Part shown: one piece after another, positions 8,970-17,041 of the stretch
Numbering within the stretch: position 1 is the stretch's first letter
Layout: each line of letters starts with the position of its first letter
Assembly: GCF_000011805.1 (NCBI RefSeq)
Contig: NC_006840.2
Strand: one strand, 5' to 3'
Origin: Aliivibrio fischeri ES114
GTDB lineage: Bacteria; Pseudomonadota; Gammaproteobacteria; Enterobacterales; Vibrionaceae
DNA: 32,000 nt
Made by a program: the position numbers and the translations under genes
Notes under the pieces: model-generated
The model's database searches: none
What the model was told of the DNA's origin: nothing
The model's input: only the letters and a program-made list of their open reading frames with translations

Positions 8970-9130
8970 TGCTTCACCTATTCTTGACCCCATTCGGGCC
9001 TATTCAGTTCTATGACTGGTTTATAGGTTCTATATCGCAATATCCGTACCAACTTAATGGCTAATTATGAGAAATATTAATAGGTCGATTTGTTGATTAT
9101 TTAGACTATTTGGCGGGAGTTATTTTTATA

Positions 9131-9167
9131 CGGGACATTTTGTCTCAACTTGGTTCAAAATGTCCCG
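9131..9167 (-). other. perfect 11-bp stem-loop between the DUF3306 gene and the Fe-S protein gene
   Basis: cgggacatttt (9131-9141) and aaaatgtcccg (9157-9167) flank a 15-nt loop. It begins 6 nt after the DUF3306 stop. There is no clear U-tract on the minus-strand transcript, so it is not a canonical terminator. Confidence 0.5.
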
Positions 9168-9172
9168 ATTCT

Positions 9173-9706
9173 TTATATGGTCTTTTTTGTCTCACTTGGG
9201 TCAATATCGTCGCCATTAACGTATTGATATTCATTATCATTTTCATTTATAGCGTCAGTATCAAGAGCAATTTCTTCGTCTGAAATCTCGTCTTGTTCTT
9301 CTTCAGGCTCGACTAACCATTCACGTAACTTGCTTGCTGTTTCACTGTCCAGTTTTGGTGGTGTTGAGTAGTTTGGCTCATCTTCCATCGCAAACTCTGG
9401 ATTCAAAAACATCTTACGAAGTGCTGCTTTTTTCAAGTTTTTGTCTACGCCTTCAGCCATAAATTGACTGACGTTACTTGTGCCTGTGATAGTGACTAAA
9501 TCTGCTTCGGTAGGCAGTTCAGGCTCTATCTCAGTTTCGCTTTCTTTTTCAACAGCAACACTAGGCTCAACAAGGGCTTGTGAATCTTCTACCGTGTCTG
9601 ATTCAGTATTTAATACTGGCTCATCACTGACTTCTTCACCCTGCTTAACCTTTTGTTTTCTTAAAGACCATCTACTTAGGAAGTTGCTCACTTGCGCGCC
9701 CCGCAC
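9173..9706 (-). CDS. DUF3306-like acidic protein
   Basis: N-terminal FLSRWSLRKQK matches the conserved DUF3306 opening as I recall it. The body is very rich in Glu/Asp. The start is GTG at 9706 or GTG at 9691; both overlap the upstream DUF3305 gene (stop 9672-9674). Confidence 0.65.
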   Translation of the reverse strand: MRGAQVSNFLSRWSLRKQKVKQGEEVSDEPVLNTESDTVEDSQALVEPSVAVEKESETEIEPELPTEADLVTITGTSNVSQFMAEGVDKNLKKAALRKMFLNPEFAMEDEPNYSTPPKLDSETASKLREWLVEPEEEQDEISDEEIALDTDAINENDNEYQYVNGDDIDPSETKKTI

Positions 9707-10130
9707 CTTTACGTTTTTTCTTACGAACTTCTAATAACTCACCGTGTTTACCAATATAAGCTTCTAACCATGCTTGCATCGGTAGCGGCATTGCTGTTGA
9801 AAGCACTAAATAATCACCATCCATATATTGTCCGATCATGCTTTGTGATGCGGTAATCATAACTGGTGTTAGTTGGTCATTATCGTTTTCAAAAGCAAAG
9901 AACAATTTAGGATCTTGTGAGCTTAGATTGAAACGATAATCCGTTCTTTCATCGCGGAAAATTTCTAAATCACGCTCAAACAGTGAAACATTATCTTGTG
10001 TCTCATTTACCTTCTCATAAAGATGAATATCACCAAGTCGCCATGATGGTGCACTCCAACGGCCAACTTGTTTGATTTCTTCAATCACTTCAAATTGTAA
10101 TGGCCATTTATTTTCTGTTTTCTGTTCCAC
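9672..10130 (-). CDS. DUF3305-like protein
   Basis: 152 aa. GTG start with AAGGA 7 nt upstream. WSAPSWRLGD and RDERTDYRFNLSSQDPKLFFAF resemble DUF3305. It overlaps the DUF3306 gene, suggesting translational coupling. Confidence 0.6.
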   Translation of the reverse strand: MEQKTENKWPLQFEVIEEIKQVGRWSAPSWRLGDIHLYEKVNETQDNVSLFERDLEIFRDERTDYRFNLSSQDPKLFFAFENDNDQLTPVMITASQSMIGQYMDGDYLVLSTAMPLPMQAWLEAYIGKHGELLEVRKKKRKGAGRASEQLPK

Positions 10131-10265
10131 AAGTTATCCTTCTTTTGATGAAGTTTTGTATTGCTATTTATACTCTAAAGCAAAGCTTGTACCAACCACG
10201 CTTTCTTTTTTTACTCTATGGTATAAAATTTGCCTAACCTAGATAAATAATCAAATCTCATTCAT
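10131..10265. promoter_or_regulatory. divergent promoter region between the DUF3305 operon and fdhD
   Basis: 135-bp AT-rich intergenic region between divergent starts. Extended -10-like TGgTATAAA at 10219-10227 faces fdhD. No convincing FNR/NarL site found by eye. Confidence 0.35.
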
Positions 10266-11099
10266 TTGGAGCTTACTTTGAGCCAATCACCTAAAATAAT
10301 TACTACTGGCACTGTACCAAAACAAACCATTTCTGTTGATGTTTATGATGAATATGGTGAAAAGCTAACAAAAGAGATCGCATGTGAACAACCTTTAACC
10401 GTAATGCTGAATTGGCAAGAAGTTGTAACGTTAATGACCCTTGGCGCTCGCCCTGCTGAGTTGGTCTTAGGGTACTTAAAGAACCAACATTTTGTTACTG
10501 ACGCTTCTCTTTTAGAATCGGTGATTATTGATTGGGAAACCAAAACGGCTGCTGTAAATACGAAAGAGACCACTGAACACGTTAAAGAAAACTTGAAGAA
10601 AAAGACGGTTACTTCAGGTTGTGGTCAAGGCACCATGTACGGCAACGTAATGAAGCAACTTGAAAACTATCAAGTACCACAAGTAACTATCAATCAATCT
10701 GATCTTTACGAATCATTAGAAGCGCTGACATATCACAACGATACTTACAAAGCAGCAGGTGCCGTGCATGGCTGTGCAGTGTGTAAAGACAATAAAGTGC
10801 TTTCATTTGTGGAAGATGTAGGTCGCCATAACGCAGTTGATACATTAGCTGGGGAGCTATGGTTAAAACAAGAAGCTGGTGATGACAAACTCTTCTACAC
10901 CACTGGTCGTTTAACGTCAGAAATGGTTATTAAAGTCGCTCAGATGGGCATTCCTGTTCTGCTTTCACGCTCTGGTGTAACTCAAATGGGTTTAGATTTA
11001 GCTAAGAAGTTTGGCATTACCATTATTGCTCGTGCAAAAGGTAAGCGTTTCCAAGTATTTGCTGGGCATGAAAAAATCAATTTTGATGTGAAAGGTTAA
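10266..11099 (+). CDS. fdhD: formate dehydrogenase accessory sulfurtransferase FdhD
   Basis: GRHNAVDTLAGE, SGCGQG loop and C-terminal LSRSGVTQMGLDLAKKFGITIIARAKG are typical of FdhD. The track start is TTG at 10266. TTG at 10278 has GGAG 6 nt upstream and may be the real start. Confidence 0.88.
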   Translation: MELTLSQSPKIITTGTVPKQTISVDVYDEYGEKLTKEIACEQPLTVMLNWQEVVTLMTLGARPAELVLGYLKNQHFVTDASLLESVIIDWETKTAAVNTKETTEHVKENLKKKTVTSGCGQGTMYGNVMKQLENYQVPQVTINQSDLYESLEALTYHNDTYKAAGAVHGCAVCKDNKVLSFVEDVGRHNAVDTLAGELWLKQEAGDDKLFYTTGRLTSEMVIKVAQMGIPVLLSRSGVTQMGLDLAKKFGITIIARAKGKRFQVFAGHEKINFDVKG

Positions 11100-11109
11100 G
11101 TAGAGCCAT

Positions 11110-11241
11110 AGGGACTAGGTGCTAGGAAAAGCAGGAACGAGTGAGAGCGAAAAGCAGTTACTCGTCCCTGCTCTCACTCGCCACTAGTCCCTCAAGACTT
11201 ACTAATCCCTAGTCCCTAAAAACTAGTCCCTGCTCTTACTC
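11110..11241. repeat. cluster of CTAGTCCCT 9-mers and a long imperfect palindrome in the convergent fdhD / HD-GYP intergenic region
   Basis: CTAGTCCCT occurs at 11184-11192, 11209-11217 and 11223-11231. A degenerate CTAATCCCT lies at 11202-11210 and an inverted copy AGGGACTAG at 11110-11118. gagtgagagc (11139-11148) pairs with gctctcactc (11170-11179). tccctgctctcactc (11164-11178) is repeated as tccctgctcttactc (11226-11240). Confidence 0.7.
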
Positions 11242-11243
11242 AC

Positions 11244-13361
11244 TTACTGATTATTCTCAAAAATAGCTCTGAACTCTTCATGATGCTCTAAGAATATATC
11301 GACAATCTTAGGGTCGAAAGAAACGCCCTTTTCTTCTTCGATGATCTTAATAGCCACTTCATGAGTAAAGCCTTCTTTGTAAATACGCTTTTGTCGTAAT
11401 GCGTCATACACATCCACAATACTTACAATTCGAGCTTCAATCGGAATCTCTTCACCTACTAAACTCAAGTATCCTTTACCATTCCATTTTTCATGATGGT
11501 AAAGCACGATATTTTTAGTTATCAAACTCAAGTCTGTATTCTTGATAATCTCATAACCAATGTTTACGTGTTTTTTCATTACGTCGAATTCATCAGGATC
11601 CAATTTTCCAGGTTTCTTCAATATGTAATGAGGTATACCAATCTTTCCAATGTCATGCAGCGAAGCAATCATACGAATTTCTTCTACAAACGAGTTTGGC
11701 ATATTCAATAAATTAGAAAGATGCTCAGAATATACGTTGATTCGCTTGTTATGCTCACTGGTTTCTTCATCACTGTATAATGAGGCCATTTCCAATGAAC
11801 CAATCAATGATTCGTTCATTCTTAAAAGACGAGCTTGTGCTTTTTTCTCTATATAAACTCGAGTTATCAACACGCCAATGATAAATAAGCTGACAAGTAG
11901 AACTGCGATTAGTAGCCAGAAATCATCTTTCTGATACTTTTCATTCTCATTGATATAGATGTTTTTAATCAAACGTTCATTATCTGATGATGTTGATATC
12001 AGATTAATGGCATTAAATAGTGCTTCATGCTCTTTCTTTACTGCGATATACACAGAGAATGTTTTGGTTAAGGTTCCTGCGGTTTTTAAATCATACATGT
12101 CATGGTTGATTGTATGATTCATTAATAAACGTTGGTCACCAAAAGCATAATCAACTCGTCCGTCATCTATTGCTTCAATGATCTCTTCAAAGGTATCAAA
12201 AAAGACCATTTTCACATTTAACGTATTGTTTTTTATATAATCGTAATAATAAGCGTTTTTCAGCATCCCTACCGTCGAGTAGTTTATATCTGCAATACGA
12301 GATATAAAGTTCCCTTCTAACTTATTAAATACTGACAATTCAAAACTGTAATACGGTTTTGTTAGAAGATATTTATCTGTGATGCACTCATTTTCAAATG
12401 TTGATAATAAAACATCATAATCTTTACACTTACCAACACTTGGCTCAGTAAAGGTGACCGAATCTTTAAATATTCGCTTAATACTGTCGAACAACGTAGG
12501 TGCAATGCCGTGATACTCTTCATTAACTAAGTAGCTTGCAGGAAACTCATTAACGCCATAACCAACACTGACGCTTGATCCTTTAAGTTCACTACTTCCT
12601 TTAAAAAGATACAAAAAGTAATCTTCACGGGATTTTTTAACAAACGCTTTTACTTCTTCTGATTTCAACTCAATAAAGTATTTTACTAATACGCTATACA
12701 ATTCAGATTGCGATTTTGGTATTGCAAATGAGGTATATAGGTTATTCAATCTTGGTAAGTTTAATGTCGGAAATGCTTTGTCCGTTATTTCTTGTGTATC
12801 AGCAACAAAAGCGTCAATCTCTCCGGAATTAAGAGCGTTTATCAGTGAATTAACATCCGCAAATTTTACTGGTGTATATTGTATAGAATCAGAGTATTGT
12901 TCAATAAAATTCGTCGTAGAAAACCAATCTTCAACTAAGCCAATTTTCTTATTATTTAAACTTACAAGATCAATAATTTGATCCGTATTTTTATAAAAAA
13001 CTTTGGTGCTTACACGATACAATGTTGGGACAAAAAAATAGTTTTCTTTTCTGTTTTCAGTATCAGCAAAATCTAAATAAGCCCCACTCTCTAAACGGTC
13101 AAACATTGCATGTAAATCATCAATGTCTTTTACTTTTAGTTGGAAGTTTGTATTGAGTTTTTTGTTAATATCTTGAATTAGGTTGCTGTACAGTCCTTTT
13201 GGTGCCCCATCCTCAATAAAAAATAATCTTGAATTATAATCATTGTTATAAAACACAAAATTTTTATTGTTTTGTATCCATACTTGCTCTTCCTCTGTTA
13301 AATCCATTGAAGAAACAAATGAAGAAAAAACACACATGATAAAAACGAAAATTCGTTTCAA
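11244..13361 (-). CDS. HD-GYP-type c-di-GMP phosphodiesterase with two periplasmic solute-binding (SBP_bac_3-like) domains and one TM segment
   Basis: C-terminal ASLHDIGKIGIP...HHEKWNGKGYL is an HD-GYP domain with GYL instead of GYP. The TM segment is FWLLIAVLLVSLFIIGVLI. Two periplasmic repeats carry GEIDAFVAD / GRVDYAFGD motifs. The track start (TTG 13466) gives an implausible N-terminus. In-frame TTG at 13359-13361 gives MKRIFVFIMCVFSSFVSS (signal-like). Confidence 0.8.
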   Translation of the reverse strand: MKRIFVFIMCVFSSFVSSMDLTEEEQVWIQNNKNFVFYNNDYNSRLFFIEDGAPKGLYSNLIQDINKKLNTNFQLKVKDIDDLHAMFDRLESGAYLDFADTENRKENYFFVPTLYRVSTKVFYKNTDQIIDLVSLNNKKIGLVEDWFSTTNFIEQYSDSIQYTPVKFADVNSLINALNSGEIDAFVADTQEITDKAFPTLNLPRLNNLYTSFAIPKSQSELYSVLVKYFIELKSEEVKAFVKKSREDYFLYLFKGSSELKGSSVSVGYGVNEFPASYLVNEEYHGIAPTLFDSIKRIFKDSVTFTEPSVGKCKDYDVLLSTFENECITDKYLLTKPYYSFELSVFNKLEGNFISRIADINYSTVGMLKNAYYYDYIKNNTLNVKMVFFDTFEEIIEAIDDGRVDYAFGDQRLLMNHTINHDMYDLKTAGTLTKTFSVYIAVKKEHEALFNAINLISTSSDNERLIKNIYINENEKYQKDDFWLLIAVLLVSLFIIGVLITRVYIEKKAQARLLRMNESLIGSLEMASLYSDEETSEHNKRINVYSEHLSNLLNMPNSFVEEIRMIASLHDIGKIGIPHYILKKPGKLDPDEFDVMKKHVNIGYEIIKNTDLSLITKNIVLYHHEKWNGKGYLSLVGEEIPIEARIVSIVDVYDALRQKRIYKEGFTHEVAIKIIEEEKGVSFDPKIVDIFLEHHEEFRAIFENNQ

Positions 13362-13476
13362 TTTGCATACACCATAACAATCAATAAACACAAATAAGTG
13401 CAAAAAACGCACACTAACAAAGCACTCTGCAAATGTATAATGGAATTTATTGCACCTATCAATCAATAAAATTTAT

Positions 13477-14640
13477 CTAACTTTTCTCATTAAATTCTTT
13501 TTGAAATTTAAGCACTTTTTCTAAATATCTACGAGCTTCAGCCTTAGGATGTTTGTTTGTTAACGCCCAATAAAGCTGATTTGGTTGCAAACTATTTATC
13601 TCATCAATGGCTTTAGTTCGGCTTGGATCAAATGTTGAGAAAACGCCACCTGAGCCCCCGTTATAAGCCGAGATCATACTGTAATGCTTATTAGTTGGAT
13701 GTTTGATGTCTCTTAAATAACGATTCTTTAAAATATAGAAATACGCTGTACCAGTATCGATATTATGCGCAGGGTTAAACAAGTACTCTTTTGTTGGGAT
13801 CCCCGGCTTATTCTTAACTAATTTAAAAACATCCGCTCCTGCGGTTTTTGGGATCACTTGCATTAAACCGTAAGCGCCTGCATGGCTTACAGCATAAGGG
13901 TTAAAGCTGCTCTCTGTCTGAATAATTGCATAGATTAAGTCGATTGAAATATCGTACTCTTTTGATGCTTTTTTTATTAAATCAGCATATTGAAATTCAC
14001 GTTGCTCTAAATGGTCATCAACCATAGATATCTCAACATAATACGCTTTACCATTTTTAATGGTTTTAGTTTGTAGCTTATTTTCGATTAAGTAATCAGC
14101 ATAACGCCCTGCTCGCCATGGCCATTCAATGTCTTTATTCTCTTGGTCTTTAATTTGGCCAAGTAAGAATGGACGTCCACGCAACGGAATCGATTTATCG
14201 CTAAATAAATCCACATGTGATGGGTCTGCTGGCATTAATACGGTGCCGATGATCGCTTTCTTCAACGTTTCTTTTGGTTGGTATTGAGAGATCGTCGAAA
14301 CGTAAATTTTGCCTTTATCAAAATCGATATGTGCGCGAGTTCTATATCCATCCAAATACTTAACGTAACGATGCTTACCCGCTTCTAGAAACTCTTTATC
14401 TCCCCATGTTTTATGAACATGATTAGCAAGATTTTCTAACTGCTCTTCAATGCTTTGATTTGGTTTTGACGTGCTAGGTTTCCAAGAATCTGGCTTTGAA
14501 GTTGTATTATTGTTCGAGTTAGTAATGTCACTCTCGCAATTACATGAATTCGAGTTAGGTCTTTGGAAATTGCCATCAAAAATAGGCGTACAAGAGACTG
14601 TCGCTAAAGAAATAATAAAAGGAATTAATACGTTTTTCAT
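13477..14640 (-). CDS. mltC: membrane-bound lytic murein transglycosylase C (lipoprotein)
   Basis: Collinear with E. coli MltC as I recall it: YVKYLDGYRTRAHIDFDKG, DPSHVDLFSD, IQTESSFNPYAVSHAGAYGLMQV, NIDTGTAYF, AYNGGSG and AEARRYL. The ATG at 14638-14640 (AGGA 6 nt upstream) gives the lipobox MKNVLIPFIISLATVSC. The track's TTG at 14676 is probably too far upstream. Confidence 0.88.
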   Translation of the reverse strand: MKNVLIPFIISLATVSCTPIFDGNFQRPNSNSCNCESDITNSNNNTTSKPDSWKPSTSKPNQSIEEQLENLANHVHKTWGDKEFLEAGKHRYVKYLDGYRTRAHIDFDKGKIYVSTISQYQPKETLKKAIIGTVLMPADPSHVDLFSDKSIPLRGRPFLLGQIKDQENKDIEWPWRAGRYADYLIENKLQTKTIKNGKAYYVEISMVDDHLEQREFQYADLIKKASKEYDISIDLIYAIIQTESSFNPYAVSHAGAYGLMQVIPKTAGADVFKLVKNKPGIPTKEYLFNPAHNIDTGTAYFYILKNRYLRDIKHPTNKHYSMISAYNGGSGGVFSTFDPSRTKAIDEINSLQPNQLYWALTNKHPKAEARRYLEKVLKFQKEFNEKS

Positions 14641-14834
14641 CGATGTCCTAAATAGCGAATTGAATGGATTTTTCAATGCACTGGGATAGATTACACATTA
14701 GGTGTTACCAATAAGGAGGCGTATTTTACACATTGTTTATTTTTTTGGAATAGCATACGAAACAAACTTCATAAGTTTTTTTACAAGGTGTTGCCTTACA
14801 CAACATTGGAAACAAAATCACACTTTTTTGACGT

Positions 14835-14864
14835 AAAAAAACCGTCACTATTGGACGGTTTTTT
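14835..14864 (-). terminator. Rho-independent (bidirectional-looking) terminator downstream of the MCP gene
   Basis: accgtc (14841-14846) pairs with gacggt (14854-14859). It is flanked by an A-run (14835-14840) and a T-run (14860-14864), 17 nt past the MCP stop. Confidence 0.8.
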
Positions 14865-14880
14865 ACTGTTTATTAATAAG

Positions 14881-16773
14881 TTACAGTTTATATCGTTTAA
14901 TTTCTTCTTCTAATGAATCAGCTAACGATTTTAATGACTCAGCCTGCAGTGCTGCGGTCTCAGCCTCATGCGCCATTTGGTTTGCTACTTCCTGAACCCC
15001 TTCTGTATTTCGACTAATTTCAGCCGTAACACTTGACTGCTCTTCTGCAGCAGAAGCAATTTGAGTCGCCATATCGCTAATCACATTAATTTGCGCAGCA
15101 ATATTCCCAATACTGACTCCCGCTTCATCGACATCTTTTACGCTTGTTTCTGCCAAGTGATGACTGTCCGACATGACTGAAACCGCTTCTTGTGTTGTTG
15201 ATTGAAGCGTTTCTATCATGGCTTGAATCTCTTCTGTTGAAGTATGGGTTCGTTGAGACAAAACTCGAACTTCATCAGCCACAACCGCAAATCCTCGACC
15301 TTGTTCGCCAGCACGTGCCGCTTCGATTGCTGCGTTTAATGCGAGTAAGTTTGTTTGCTCGGCTATCGAACGAATGGTGGCCAAAATTGAACTGATTTTG
15401 AGTGCGTGTCCGTTAAGATCTTCAATGATGCCCACCGCACTATTTACCTCACGAGCAAGATTTCCGATAGATGCTTGGCTTTGATTTGCTTGATCGTGAC
15501 CTGTTTGTGTTAATCCCACCGCTTGCTCTGCCGATTTAGCAGTGTTTTCAGCATTTCCAGCAATCTCTTGTGTCGCACTCGCCATCTCAGTTACTGCAGT
15601 AGCAACCATGGTGATTTCATCTTGTTGATGACGAATATTTTGACTGCGTTGAACGGCTGAATCTGCACTTTCTGCTGCTGAGCGATTTAACTCAAAAGTT
15701 ATTTCACGTAAATTTGATGCCATCGCATGCAAGCGTGATACGAACTGGTTGAAGTTATCTGCTAACTTACCCACTTCATCATCCGATTTAACATTAATAC
15801 GAACCGTAAGGTCGCCTTCGCCATTTGCGATATCCGCTAATGCATCCGAAACTGTGCCAAGTTCTCGTAATTGACGAGTAACAAGCCATCCTGTGAACAT
15901 AGATACAAACAGTAAGATTAACACTCCAATGGACAGCAATTCAAAAAGCATTGAATTTAATGGCGCTTCTAATGTCTCTTTGTCCATCACCAAGGTAATT
16001 GCCCAATTGGTATTTGGAACCGCCGTGATCATGACCGCTTTCTCTTTCCCATTCTCTTCGGTAAAGAAAAAACCATCAGATGCAATTTCATTACTTAAAT
16101 TGTTAGCATCGAATCCATTACCAAGTTCTGAAATTGGTTTTAACGCCATTTTCTCATTTGGGTGAGCAACAACGATTTTATTACTCACATCCAGTAGCAT
16201 GGCATAACCATTACCTGGAACTGGAATATCAAGAACATCATCAATTAATGCCCCTAATGCCAAGTTAGATGCAGTCACACCGACAATACGCCCATTTTCA
16301 CGAACGGGTTCAGTTAAGGTAACAACAAGAGCTTGCATCGTATGACTAACATAAGGCTTTGTTGTTATACCCTTATTAGCTGCCAATGTTTCTTTGTACC
16401 AGCCACGAGTTCGCGGATCATAACCGGCTTTGTTTAACGATGGATCTTGGCGTTGCATCACAGCATTTTCGTCACCGTAATAACTTAAGCCAAAACCACC
16501 TGATGTGAATGTTTGCTTTAAATGAGCGACCATATCTAAGTTAGGATCTCGCTCTATTGCTTCTTTCATAGCAACAATCGCATCTTGGCGACCTTTAAAC
16601 CAATCGCCAATACCTAAGCTATAAGCCTTCGCTGTATTTCCACTTTCACTTTGAATGGCATCCCAGGCTTGAGTTTTCATTGTCTGATACGAGAAAGTAC
16701 CAAGAGATACAATGGTTAATACAATAAGCGCAAGACTCGTCAACACGAGTTTAGTTTTTAATGTTAGATGCAT
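14881..16773 (-). CDS. methyl-accepting chemotaxis protein with periplasmic dCache_1-type sensor and HAMP domain
   Basis: Conserved signalling hairpin [40 protein letters not shown]. Cache-type YDPRTRGWY motif between two TM segments. The internal ATG at 16771-16773 gives [24 protein letters not shown]. The track's 48-codon N-terminal extension looks non-coding. Confidence 0.9.
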   Translation of the reverse strand: MHLTLKTKLVLTSLALIVLTIVSLGTFSYQTMKTQAWDAIQSESGNTAKAYSLGIGDWFKGRQDAIVAMKEAIERDPNLDMVAHLKQTFTSGGFGLSYYGDENAVMQRQDPSLNKAGYDPRTRGWYKETLAANKGITTKPYVSHTMQALVVTLTEPVRENGRIVGVTASNLALGALIDDVLDIPVPGNGYAMLLDVSNKIVVAHPNEKMALKPISELGNGFDANNLSNEIASDGFFFTEENGKEKAVMITAVPNTNWAITLVMDKETLEAPLNSMLFELLSIGVLILLFVSMFTGWLVTRQLRELGTVSDALADIANGEGDLTVRINVKSDDEVGKLADNFNQFVSRLHAMASNLREITFELNRSAAESADSAVQRSQNIRHQQDEITMVATAVTEMASATQEIAGNAENTAKSAEQAVGLTQTGHDQANQSQASIGNLAREVNSAVGIIEDLNGHALKISSILATIRSIAEQTNLLALNAAIEAARAGEQGRGFAVVADEVRVLSQRTHTSTEEIQAMIETLQSTTQEAVSVMSDSHHLAETSVKDVDEAGVSIGNIAAQINVISDMATQIASAAEEQSSVTAEISRNTEGVQEVANQMAHEAETAALQAESLKSLADSLEEEIKRYKL

Positions 16774-16982
16774 AATACGTCTACTTCTAATAATTTTAAT
16801 TGGTGATATATGCGGAAACAGTAAAACGAACCTAGCCAACCACGGTTTACTGACATATATCTCATAATTGAAACAAATAGTTACACAACGCATCATATAA
16901 CATTCGACGCACATCAAAATGTGTTCATTTTCACAAACTTAACTGTCTATCTCGTTAAATCTCTTATAATTTCTTCAGGCAT

Positions 16983-17021
16983 AAAAAAACCTAAGAACAA
17001 TTAACATTATTCTTAGGCTTT
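16983..17021 (-). terminator. Rho-independent terminator downstream of pcp
   Basis: cctaagaa (16990-16997) pairs with ttcttagg (17010-17017). The A-run at 16983-16989 gives a U-run on the minus transcript, 21 nt past the pcp stop. Confidence 0.75.
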
Positions 17022-17041
17022 AAAAAGTGAGGCTAATTATC

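Noticed and set aside
9093-9106. TTGATTATTTAGAC as a possible FNR/CRP-type site upstream of the Fe-S/fdh genes
   Set aside because: Only one half-site (TTGAT) matches the TTGAT-N4-ATCAA consensus. This is too weak to call without a scoring matrix.
11110-11241. Whether the short-repeat cluster could be a CRISPR array
   Set aside because: Repeat units are only 9-15 bp, partly overlapping and in mixed orientation. There are no regular spacers and no cas genes nearby, so this is not CRISPR.
14702-14836. 44-codon plus-strand ORF containing a perfect TAAGGAGG (14712-14719) and ending at the terminator hairpin
   Set aside because: No start codon lies 5-10 nt downstream of the SD-like sequence; the nearest are ATT/TTG at 12-13 nt, and the TTG frame stops after 6 codons. 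The GTG at 14702 has no SD. The region is more simply the mltC promoter/leader on the other strand.
16774-16917. N-terminal over-extensions of track ORFs starting at the most upstream TTG/GTG/ATG. Affected: MCP 16774-16917, HD-GYP 13362-13466, mltC 14641-14676, NRAMP-like 20733-20753, pxpA 23226-23261, Fe-S protein 8970-8993
   Set aside because: The extensions encode implausible Cys/Phe-rich or non-signal sequence. Internal starts have better SD spacing and yield proper signal peptides, lipoboxes or family-typical N-termini.
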